Shown in pieces: positions 1 through 10,900 of a DNA stretch of 64,000 nucleotides; positions within the stretch are counted from its first letter, which is position 1; the number at the start of each line of letters is the position of its first letter. Where the stretch lies: assembly GCF_009914755.1 (NCBI RefSeq), contig NC_060929.1; one strand, written 5' to 3'. The notes beneath the pieces are model-generated. The model searched no databases. It saw only the letters and a list, made by a program, of their open reading frames with translations, and was not told where the DNA came from. A program made the position numbers and the translations under genes. This DNA comes from the human T2T-CHM13v2.0 reference genome, Homo sapiens.

Positions 1-32
1 TTTGCAGGTGGAGATTTCAAGCGCTTTGAGGC

Positions 33-49
33 CAAAGGCAGAAAAGGAA
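33..49 (+). promoter_or_regulatory. A-box / pJalpha-type site in the non-CENP-B monomer (first copy; repeats once per dimer)
   Basis: CAAAGGCAGAAAAGGAA sits at the position homologous to the CENP-B box, 171 bp upstream of it. Variants are CAAAGGTAGAAAAGGAA and CAATGG(T/C)AGAAAAGGAA. Binding is inferred from position and the GAAAAGG core only. Confidence 0.7.
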
Positions 50-203
50 ATATCTTCGTATAAAAACTAGACAGAATCATTCTCAGAAACTGCTCTGCGA
101 TGTGTGCGTTCAACTCTCAGAGTTTAACTTTTCTTTTCATTCAGCAGTTTGGAAACACTCTGTTTGTAAAGTCTGCACGTGGATAATTTGACCACTTAGA
201 GGC

Positions 204-220
204 CTTCGTTGGAAACGGGT
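204..220 (+). promoter_or_regulatory. CENP-B box (first of about 188, one per dimer, every ~340 bp across the window)
   Basis: CTTCGTTGGAAACGGGT matches the 17-bp CENP-B box with the essential core nTTCGnnnnAnnCGGGn intact. A, B and E dimers end in T; C and D dimers normally carry the canonical ...CGGGA (e.g. 1223-1239, 1563-1579). Confidence 0.97.
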
Positions 221-245
221 TTTTTTCGTGTAAGGCTAGACAGAA

Positions 246-925
246 GAATTCTCAGTAACTTCCTTGTGTTGTGTGTATTCAACTCACAGAGTTGAACGAT
301 CCTTTACACAGAGCAGACTTGTAACACTCTTTTTGTGGAATTTGCAAGTGGAGATTTCAGCCGCTTTGAAGTCAAAGGTAGAAAAGGAAATATCTTCCTA
401 TAAAAACTAGACAGAATGATTCTCAGAAACTCCTTTGTGATGTGTGCGTTCAACTCACAGAGTTTAACCTTTCTTTTCATAGAGCAGTTAGGAAACACTC
501 TGCTTGTAAAGTCTGCAAGTGGATATTCAGCCCTCTTTGAGGCCTTCGTTGGAAACGGGTTTTTTTCATATAAGGCTAGACAGAAGAATTCCCAGTAACT
601 TCCTTGTGTTGTGTGTGTTCAACTCACAGAGTTGAACTTTCATTTACACAGAGCAGATTTGAAACACTCTTTTTGTGGAATTTGCAAGTGGAGATTTCAA
701 GCGCTTTGAGGCCAAAGGCAGAAAAGGAAATATCTTCGTATAAAAACTAGACAGAATCATTCTCAGAAACTGCTCTGCGATGTGTGCGTTCAACTCTCAG
801 AGTTTAACTTTTCTTTTCATTCAGCAGTTTGGAAACACTCTGTTTGTAAAGTCTGCACGTGGATATTTTGACCACTTAGAGGCCTTCGTTGGAAACGGGT
901 TTTTTTCCTGTAAGGCTAGACAGAA
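246..925 (+). repeat. Example of the dominant 680-bp tetramer unit (dimer A + dimer B)
   Basis: EcoRI-to-EcoRI 246-585 is type A and 586-925 is type B. Near-identical ORF translations recur at 679-680 bp steps (e.g. 3813/4493, 6531/7210/7886). Confidence 0.9.
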
Positions 926-1944
926 GAATTCCCAGTAACTTCCTTGTGTTGTGTACATTCAACTCACAGAGTTGAACGTTCCCTTAGACAGAGCAGATTT
1001 GAAACACTCTTTTTGTGCAATTGGCAAGTGGAGATTTCAAGCGCTTTGAGGTCAATGGCAGAAAAGGAAATATCTTCGTTTCAAAACTAGACAGAATCAT
1101 TCCCACAAACTGCGTTGTGATGTGTTCGTTCAACTCACAGAGTTTAACCTTTCTTTTCATAGAGCAGTTGGGAAACAGTCTGTTTGAAAATTCTGTAAGT
1201 GGATATTCTGACATCTTGTGGCCTTCGTTGGAAACGGGATTTCTTCATATTCTGCTAGACAGAAGAATTCTCAGAATCTTCCTTGTGTTGTGTGTATTCA
1301 ACTCACAGAGTTGAACGATGGTTTACACAGAGCAGATTTGAAACACTCATTTGGTGGAATTTGCAAGTGGAGATTTCAGCCGCTTTGAGGTCAATGGTAG
1401 AAAAGGAAATATCTTCGTATAACAAATAGACAGAATGATTCTCAGAAACTTCTTTGTGATGTGTGTGTTCAACTCACAGAGTTTAACCTTTCTTTTCATA
1501 GAGCAGTTAGGAAACACTGTGTTTTTAAACTCTGCAAGTGGATATTCAGACCTCTTTGAGGCCTTCGTTGGAAACGGGATTTCTTCATACTGTGCTAGAC
1601 AGAAGAATTCTCAGTAACTTCCTTGTGTTGTGTGTATTCAACTCACAGAGTTGAACGATCCTTTACACAGAGCAGACTTGAAACACTCTTTTTGTGGAAT
1701 TTGCAAGTGGAGATTTCAGCCGCGTTGAGGTCAATGGTAGAAAAGGAAATATCTTCGTATAAAAACTAGACAGAATGATTCTCAGAAACTCCTTTGTGAT
1801 GTGTGTGTTCAACTCACAGAGTTTAACATTTCTTTTCATAGAGCAGTTAGGAAACACTCTGTTTGTAAAGTCTGCAAGTGGATATTCAGACCTCTTTGAG
1901 GCCTTCGTTGGAAACGGGTTTTTTTCATATAAGGCTAGACAGAA
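926..1944 (+). repeat. Example of the C-D-E block that punctuates the tetramer runs (C occurs 17 times)
   Basis: C is 339 bp with GTGCAATTGGC, TTCCCACAAAC and GACATCTTGTGG, and is tagged by the 99-aa ORF at 1015, 5092, 8485, 11883, 15621, 18679, 24115, 28193, 31931, 36009, 39406, 47559, 50957, 55035, 57074, 59112 and 62510. It is always preceded by a B variant (GATATTTTGAC...TTCCTGTAAG) and followed by D. Confidence 0.92.
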
Positions 1945-4900
1945 GAATTCCCAGTAACTTCCTTGTGTTGTGTGTGTTCAACTCACAGAGTTGAACTTTC
2001 ATTTACACAGAGCAGATTTGAAACACTCTTTTTGTGGAATTTGCAAATGGAGATTTCAAGCGCTTTGAGGCCAAAGGCAGAAAAGGAAATATCTTCGTAT
2101 AAAAACTAGACAGAATCATTCTCAGAAACTGCTCTGCGATGTGTGCGTTCAACTCTCAGAGTTTAACTTTTCTTTTCATTCAGCAGTTTGGAAACACTCT
2201 GTTTGTAAAGTCTGCACGTGGATAATTTGACCACTTAGAGGCCTTCGTTGGAAACGGGATTTCTTCATACTGTGCTAGACAGAAGAATTCTCAGTAACTT
2301 CCTTGTGTTGTGTGTATTCAACTCACAGAGTTGACCGATCCTTTACACAGAGCAGACTTGTAACACTCTTTTTGTGGAATTTGCAAGTGGAGATTTCAGC
2401 CGCTTTGAAGTCAAAGGTAGAAAAGGGAATATCTTCCTATAAAAACTAGACAGAATGATTCTCAGAAACTCCTTTGTCATGTGTGCGTTCAACTCACAGA
2501 GTTTAACCTTTCTTTTCATAGAGCAGTTAGGAAACACTCTGTTTCTAAAGTCTGCAAGTGGATATTCAGACCTCTTTGAGGCCTTCGTTGGAAACGGGTT
2601 TTTTTCATATAAGGCTAGAGAGAAGAATTCCCAGTAACTTCCTTGTGTTGTGTGTGTTCAACTCACAGAGTTGAACTTTCATTTACACAGAGCAGATTTG
2701 AAACACTCTTTTTGTGGAATTTGCAAGTGGAGATTTCAAGCGCTGTGAGGCCAAAGGCAGAAAAGGAAATATCTTCGTATAAAAACTAGACAGAATCATT
2801 CTCAGAAACTGCTCTGCGATGTGTGCGTTCAACTCTCAGAGTTTAACTTTTCTTTTCATTCAGCAGTTTGGAAACACTCTGTTTGTAAAGTCTGCACGTG
2901 GATAATTTGACCACTTAGAGGCCTTCGTTGGAAACGGGTTTTTTTCATGTAAGGTTAGACAGAAGAATTCTCAGTAACTTCCTTGTGTTGTGTGTATTCA
3001 ACTCACACAGTTGAACGATCCTTTACACAGAGCAGACTTGTAACACTCTTTTTGTGGAATTTGCAAGTGGAGATTTCAGCCGCTTTGAAGTCAAAGGTAG
3101 AAAAGGAAATATCTTCCTATAAAAACTAGCAGAAAGATTCTCAGAAACTCCTTTGTGATGTGTGCGTTCAACTCACAGAGTTTAACCTTTCTTTTCATAG
3201 AGCAGTTAGGAAACACTCTGTTTGTAAAGTCTGCAAGTGGATATTCAGACCTCTTTGAGGCCTTCGATGGAAACGGGTTTTTTTCATATAAGGCTAGAGA
3301 GAAGAATTCCCAGTAACTTCCTTGTGTTGTGTGTGTTCAACTCACAGAGTTGAACTTTCATTTACACAGAGCAGATTTGAAACACTCTTTTTGTGGAATT
3401 TGCAAGTGGAGATTTCAAGCGCTTTGAGGCCAAAGGCAGAAAAGGAAATATCTTCGTATAAAAACTAGACAGAATCATTCTCAGAAACTGCTCTGTGATG
3501 TGTGCGTTCAACTCTCAGAGTTTAACTTTTCTTTTCATTCAGCAGTTTGGAAACACTCTGTTTGTAAAGTCTGCACGTGGATAATTTGACCACTTAGAGG
3601 CCTTCGTTGGAAACGGGTTTTTTTCATGTAAGGCTAGACAGAAGAGTTCTCAGTAACTTCCTTGTGTTGTGTGTATTCAACTCACACAGTTGAACGATCC
3701 TTTACAGAGAGCAGACTTGTAACACTCTTTTTGTGGAATTTGCAAGTGGAGATTTCAGCCGCTTTGAAGTCAAAGTAGAAAAGGAAATATCTTCCTATAA
3801 AAACTAGACAGAATGATTCTCAGAAACTCTTTTGTGATGTGTGCGTTCAACTCACAGAGTATAACCTTTCTTTTCATAGAGCAGTTAGGAAACACTCTGT
3901 TTGTAAAGTCTGCAAGTGGATATTCAGACCTCTTTGAGGCCTTCGTTGGAAACGGGTTTTTTTCATATAAGGCTAGACAGAAGAATTCCCAGTAACTTCC
4001 TTGTGTTGTGTGTGTTCAACTCACAGAGTTGAACTTTCATTTACACAGAGCAGATTTGAAACACTCTTTTTGTGGAATTTGCAGGTGGAGATTTCAAGCG
4101 CTTTGAGGCCAAAGGCAGAAAAGGAAATATCTTCGTATAAAAACTAGACAGAATCATTCTCAGAAACTGCTCTGCGATGTGTGCGTTCAACTCTCAGAGT
4201 TTAACTTTTCTTTTCATTCAGCAGTTTGGAAACACTCTGTTTGTAAAGTCTGCACGTGGATAATTTGACCACTTAGAGGCCTTCGTTGGAAACGGGTTTT
4301 TTTCATGTAAGGCTAGACAGAAGAATTCTCAGTAACTTCCTTGTGTTGTGTGTATTCAACTCACACAGTTGAACGATCCTTTACACAGAGCAGACTTGTA
4401 ACACTCTTTTTGTGGAATTTGCAAGTGGAGATTTCAGCCGCTTTGAAGTCAAAGGTAGAAAAGGAAATATCTTCCTATAAAAACTAGACAGAATGATTCT
4501 CAGAAACTCCTTTGTGATGTGTGCGTTCAACTCACAGAGTTTAACCTTTCTTTTCATAGAGCAGTTAGGAAACACTCTGCTTGTAAAGTCTGCAAGTGGA
4601 TATTCAGACCTCTTTGAGGCCTTCGTTGGAAACGGGATTTCTTCATACTGTGCTAGACAGAAGAATTCTCAGTAACTTCCTTGTGTTGTGTGTGTTCAAC
4701 TCACAGAGTTGAACTTTCATTTACAATGAGCAGATTTGAAACACTCTTTTTGTGGAATTTGCAAGTGGAGATTTCAAGCGCTTTGAGGCCAAAGGCAGAA
4801 AAGGAAATATCTTCGTATAAAAACTAGACAGAATCATTCTCAGAAACTGCTCTGCGATGTGTGCGTTCAACTCTCAGAGTTTAACTTTTCTTTTCATTCA

Positions 4901-7900
4901 GCAGTTTGGAAACACTCTGTTTGTAAAGTCTGCACGTGGATATTTTGACCACTTAGAGGCCTTCGTTGGAAACGGGTTTTTTTCCTGTAAGGCTAGACAG
5001 AAGAATTCCCAGTAACTTCCTTGTGTTGTGTACATTCAACTCACAGAGTTGAACGTTCCCTTAGACAGAGCAGATTTGAAACACTCTTTTTGTGCAATTG
5101 GCAAGTGGAGATTTCAAGCGCTTTGAGGTCAATGGCAGAAAAGGAAATATCTTCGTTTCAAAACTAGACAGAATCATTCCCACAAACTGCGTTGTGATGT
5201 GTTCGTTCAACTCACAGAGTTTAACCTTTCTTTTCATAGAGCAGTTAGGAAACAGTCTGTTTGAAAATTCTGTAAGTGGATATTCTGACATCTTGTGGCC
5301 TTCGTTGGAAACGGGATTTCTTCATATTCTGCTAGACAGAAGAATTCTCAGAATCTTCCTTGTGTTGTGTGTATTCAACTCACAGAGTTGAACGATGGTT
5401 TACACAGAGCAGATTTGAAACACTCATTTGGTGGAATTTGCAAGTGGAGATTTCAGCCGCTTTGAGGTCAATGGTAGAAAAGGAAATATCTTCGTATAAC
5501 AACTAGACAGAATGATTCTCAGAAACTTCTTTGTGATGTGTGTGTTCAACTCACAGAGTTTAACCTTTCTTTTCATAGAGCAGTTAGGAAACACTGTGTT
5601 TTTAAACTCTGCAAGTGGATATTCAGACCTCTTTGAGGCCTTCGTTGGAAACGGGTTTCTTCATACTGTGCTAGACAGAAGAATTCTCAGTAACTTCCTT
5701 GTGTTGTGTGTATTCAACTCACAGAGTTGAACGATCCTTTACACAGAGCAGACTTGAAACACTCTTTTTGTGGAATTTGCAAGTGGAGATTTCAGCCGCG
5801 TTGAGGTCAATGGTAGAAAAGGAAATATCTTCGTATAAAAACTAGACAGAATGATTCTCAGAAACTCCTTTGTGATGTGTGTGTTCAACTCACAGAGTTT
5901 AACATTTCTTTTCATAGAGCAGTTAGGAAACACTCTGTTTGTAAAGTCTGCAAGTGGATATTCAGACCTCTTTGAGGCCTTCGTTGGAAACGGGTTTTTT
6001 TCATATAAGGCTAGACAGAAGAATTCCCAGTAACTTCCTTGTGTTGTGTGTGTTCAACTCACAGAGTTGAACTTTCATTTACACAGAGCAGATTTGAAAC
6101 ACTCTTTTTGTGGAATTTGCAAATGGAGATTTCAAGCGCTTTGAGGCCAAAGGCAGAAAAGGAAATATCTTCGTAGAAAAACTAGACAGAATCATTCTCA
6201 GAAACTGCTCTGCGATGTGTGCGTTCAACTCTCAGAGTTTAACTTTTCTTTTCATTCAGCAGTTTGGAAACACTCTGTTTGTAAAGTCTGCACGTGGATA
6301 ATTTGACCACTTAGAGGCCTTCGTTGGAAACGGGTTTTTTTCATGTAAGGCTAGACAGAAGAATTCTCAGTAACTTCCTTGTGTTGTGTGTATTCAACTC
6401 ACAGAGTTGAACGATCCTTTACACAGAGCAGACTTGTAACACTCTTTTTGTGGAATTTGCAAGTGGAGATTTCAGCCGCTTTGAAGTCAAATGTAGAAAA
6501 GGAAATATCTTCCTATAAAAACTAGACAGAATGATTCTCAGAAACTCCTTTGTGATGTGTGCGTTCAACTCACAGAGTTTAACCTTTCTTTTCATAGAGC
6601 AGTTAGGAAACACTCTGTTTGTAAAGTCTGCAAGTGGATATTCAGACCTCTTTGAGGCCTTCGTTGGAAACGGGTTTTTTTCATATAAGGCTAGACAGAA
6701 GAATTCCCAGTAACTTCCTTGTGTTGTGTGTGTTCAACTCACAGAGTTGAACTTTCATTTACACAGAGCAGATTTGAAACACTCTTTTTGTGGAATTTGC
6801 AAGTGGAGATTTCAAGCGCTTTGAGGCCAAAGGCAGAAAAGGAAATATCTTCGTATAAAAACTAGACAGAATCATTCTCAGAAACTGCTCTGTGATGTGT
6901 GCGTTCAACTCTCAGAGTTTAACTTTTCTTTTCATTCAGCAGTTTGGAAACACTCTGTTTGTAAAGTCTGCACGTGGATAATTTGACCACTTAGAGGCCT
7001 TCGTTGGAAACGGGTTTTTTTCATGTAAGGCTAGACAGAAGAGTTCTCAGTAACTTCCTTGTGTTGTGTGTATTCAACTCACACAGTTGAACGATCCTTT
7101 ACACAGAGCAGACTTGTAACACTCTTTTTGTGGAATTTGCAAGTGGAGATTTCAGCCGCTTTGAAGTCAAAGTAGAAAAGGAAATATCTTCCTATAAAAA
7201 CTAGACAGAATGATTCTCAGAAACTCCTTTGTGATGTGTGCGTTCAACTCACAGAGTTTAACCTTTCTTTTCATAGAGCAGTTAGGAAACACTCTGTTTG
7301 TAAAGTCTGCAAGTGGATATTCAGACCTCTTTGAGGCCTTCGTTGGAAACGGGTTTTTTTCATATAAGGCTAGACAGAAGAATTCCCAGTAACTTCCTTG
7401 TGTTGTGTGTGTTCAACTCACAGAGTTGAACTTTCATTTACACAGAGCAGATTTGAAACACTCTTTTTGTGGAATTTGCAGGTGGAGATTTCAAGCGCTT
7501 TGAGGCCAAAGGCAGAAAAGGAAATATCTTCGTATAAAAACTAGACAGAATCATTCTCAGAAACTGCTCTGCGATGTGTGCGTTCAACTCTCAGAGTTTA
7601 ACTTTTCTTTTCATTCAGCAGTTTGGAAACACTGTGTAAAGTCTGCACGTGGATAATTTGACCACTTAGAGGCCTTCGTTGGAAACGGGTTTTTTTCATG
7701 TAAGGCTGGACAGAAGAATTCTCAGTAACTTCCTTGTGTTGTGTGTATTCAACTCACAGAGTTGAACGATCCTTTACACAGAGCAGACTTGTAACACTCT
7801 TTTTGTGGAATTTGCAAGTGGAGATTTCAGCCGCTTTGAAGTCAAAGGTAGAAAAGGAAATATCTTCCTATAAAAACTAGACAGAATGATTCTCAGAAAC

Positions 7901-10900
7901 TCCTTTGTGATGTGTGCGTTCAACTCACAGAGTTTAACCTTTCTTTTCATAGAGCAGTTAGGAAACACTCTGCTTGTAAAGTCTGCAAGTGGATATTCAG
8001 CCCTCTTTGAGGCCTTCGTTGGAAACGGGTTTTTTTCATATAAGGCTAGACAGAAGAATTCCCAGTAACTTCCTTGTGTTGTGTGTGTTCAACTCACAGA
8101 GTTGAACTTTGATTTACACAGAGCAGATTTGAAACACTCTTTTTGTGGAATTTGCAAGTGGAGATTTCAAGCGCTTTGAGGCCAAAGGCAGAAAAGGAAA
8201 TATCTTCGTATAAAAACTAGACAGAATCATTTTCAGAAACTGCTCTGCGATGTGTGCGTTCAACTCTCAGAGTTTAACTTTTCTTTTCATTCAGCAGTTT
8301 GGAAACACTCTGTTTGTAAAGTCTGCACGTGGATATTTTGACCACTTAGAGGCCTTCGTTGGAAACGGGTTTTTTTCCTGTAAGGCTAGACAGAAGAATT
8401 CCCAGTAACTTCCTTGTGTTGTGTACATTCAACTCACAGAGTTGAACGTTCCCTTAGACAGAGCAGATTTGAAACACTCTTTTTGTGCAATTGGCAAGTG
8501 GAGATTTCAAGCGCTTTAAGGTCAATGGCAGAAAAGGAAATATCTTCGTTTCAAAACTAGACAGAATCATTCCCACAAACTGCGTTGTGATGTGTTCGTT
8601 CATCTCACAGAGTTTAACCTTTCTTTTCATAGAGCAGTTAGGAAACACTCTGTTTGTAAATTCTGTAAGTGGATATTCTGACATCTTGTGGCCTTCGTTG
8701 GAAACGGGATTTCTTCATATTCTGCTAGACAGAAGAATTCTCAGAATCTTCCTTGTGTTGTGTGTATTCAACTCACAGAGTTGAACGATGGTTTACACAG
8801 AGCAGATTTGAAACACTCTTTTTGTGGATTTTCCAAGTGGAGATTTCAGCCGCTTTGAAGTCAATGGTAGAAAAGGAAATATCTTCGTATAAAAACTAGA
8901 CAGAATGATTCTCAGAAACTTCTTTGTGATGTGTGCGTTCAACTCACAGAGTTTAACCTTTCTTTTCATAGAGCAGTTAGGAAACACTCTGTTTGTAAAC
9001 TCTGCAAGTGGATATTCAGACCTCTTTGAGGCCTTCGTTGGAAACGGGATTTCTTCATACTGTGCTAGACAGAAGAATTCTCAGTAACTTCCTTGTGTTG
9101 TGTGTATTCAACTCACAGAGTTGAACGATCCTTTACACAGAGCAGACTTGAAACACTCTTTTTGTGGAATTTGCAAGTGGAGATTTCAGACGCGTTGAGG
9201 TCAATGGTAGAAAAGGAAATATCTTCGTATAAAAACTAGACAGAATGATTCTCAGAAACTCCTTTGAGATGTGTGTGTTCAACTCACAGAGTTTAACCTT
9301 TCTTTTCATAGAGCAGTTAGGAATCACTCTGTTTGTAAAGTCTGCAAGTGGATATTCAGACCTCTTTGAGGCCTTCGTTGGAAACGGGTTTTTTTAATAT
9401 AAGGCTAGAGAGAAGAATTCCCAGTAACTTCCTTGTGTTGTGTGTGTTCAACTCACAGAGTTGAACTTTCATTTACACAGAGCAGATTTGAAACACTCTT
9501 TTTGTGGAATTTGCAAGTGGAGATTTCAAGCGCTGTGAGGCCAAAGGCAGAAAAGGAAATATCTTCGTATAAAAACTAGACAGAATCATTCTCAGAAACT
9601 GCTCTGCGATGTGTGCGTTCAACTCTCAGAGTTTAACTTTTCTTTTCATTCAGCAGTTTGGAAACACTCTGTTTGTAAAGTCTGCACGTGGATAATTTGA
9701 CCACTTAGAGGCCTTCGTTGGAAACGGGTTTTTTTCATGTAAGGCTAGACAGAAGAATTCTCAGTAACTTCCTTGTGTTGTGTGTATTCAACTCACAGAG
9801 TTGAACGATCCTTTACACAGAGCAGACTTGTAACACTCTTTTTGTGGAATTTGCAAGTGGAGATTTCAGCCGCTTTGAAGTCAAAGGTAGAAAAGGAAAT
9901 ATCTTCCTATAAAAACTAGACAGATAGATTCTCAGAAACTCCTTTGTGATGTGTGCGTTCAACTCACAGAGTTTAACCTTTCTTTTCATAGAGCAGTTAG
10001 GAAACACTCTGTTTGTAAAGTCTGCAAGTGGATATTCAGACCTCTTTGAGGCCTTCGTTGGAAACGGGTTTTTTTCATATAAGGCTAGACAGAAGAATTC
10101 CCAGTAACTTCCTTGTGTTGTGTGTGTTCAACTCACAGAGTTGAACTTTCATTTACACAGAGCAGATTTGAAACACTCTTTTTGTGGAATTTGCAAGTGG
10201 AGATTTCAAGCGCTTTGAGGCCAAAGGCAGAAAAGGAAATATCTTCGTATAAAAACTAGACAGAATCATTCTCAGAGACTGCTCTGTGATGTGTGCGTTC
10301 AACTCTCAGAGTTTAACTTTTCTTTTCATTCAGCAGTTTGGAAACACTCTGTTTGTAAAGTCTGCACGTGGATAATTTGACCACTTAGAGGCCTTCGTTG
10401 GAAACGGGTTTTTTTCATGTAAGGCTAGACAGAAGAGTTCTCAGTAACTTCCTTGTGTTGTGTGTATTTAACTCACACAGTTGAACGATCCTTTACAGAG
10501 AGCAGACTTGTAACACTCTTTTTGTGGAATTTGCAAGTGGAGATTTCAGCCGCTTTGAAGTCAAAGTAGAAAAGGAAATATCTTCCTATAAAAACTAGAC
10601 AGAATGATTCTCAGAAACTCCTTTGTGATGTGTGCGTTCAACTCACAGAGTTTAACCTTTCTTTTCATAGAGCAGTTAGGAAACACTCTGTTTGTAAAGT
10701 CTGCAAGTGGATATTCAGACCTCTTTGAGGCCTTCGTTGGAAACGGGTTTTTTTCATATAAGGCTAGACAGAAGAATTCCCAGTAACTTCCTTGTGTTGT
10801 GTGTGTTCAACTCACAGAGTTGAACTTTCATTTACACAGAGCAGATTTGAAACACTCTTTTTGTGGAATTTGCAGGTGGAGATTTCAAGCGCTTTGAGGC

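Noticed and set aside
175-227. E-box CACGTG in B dimers and T7 run after the CENP-B box as promoter or terminator signals
   Set aside because: Short motifs that are simply part of the repeat consensus; nothing in the sequence supports a regulatory role.
3262-3278. Variant CENP-B box CTTCGATGGAAACGGGT
   Set aside because: The change is at a non-essential position and the TTCG/A/CGGG core is intact, so it is not counted as inactivated.
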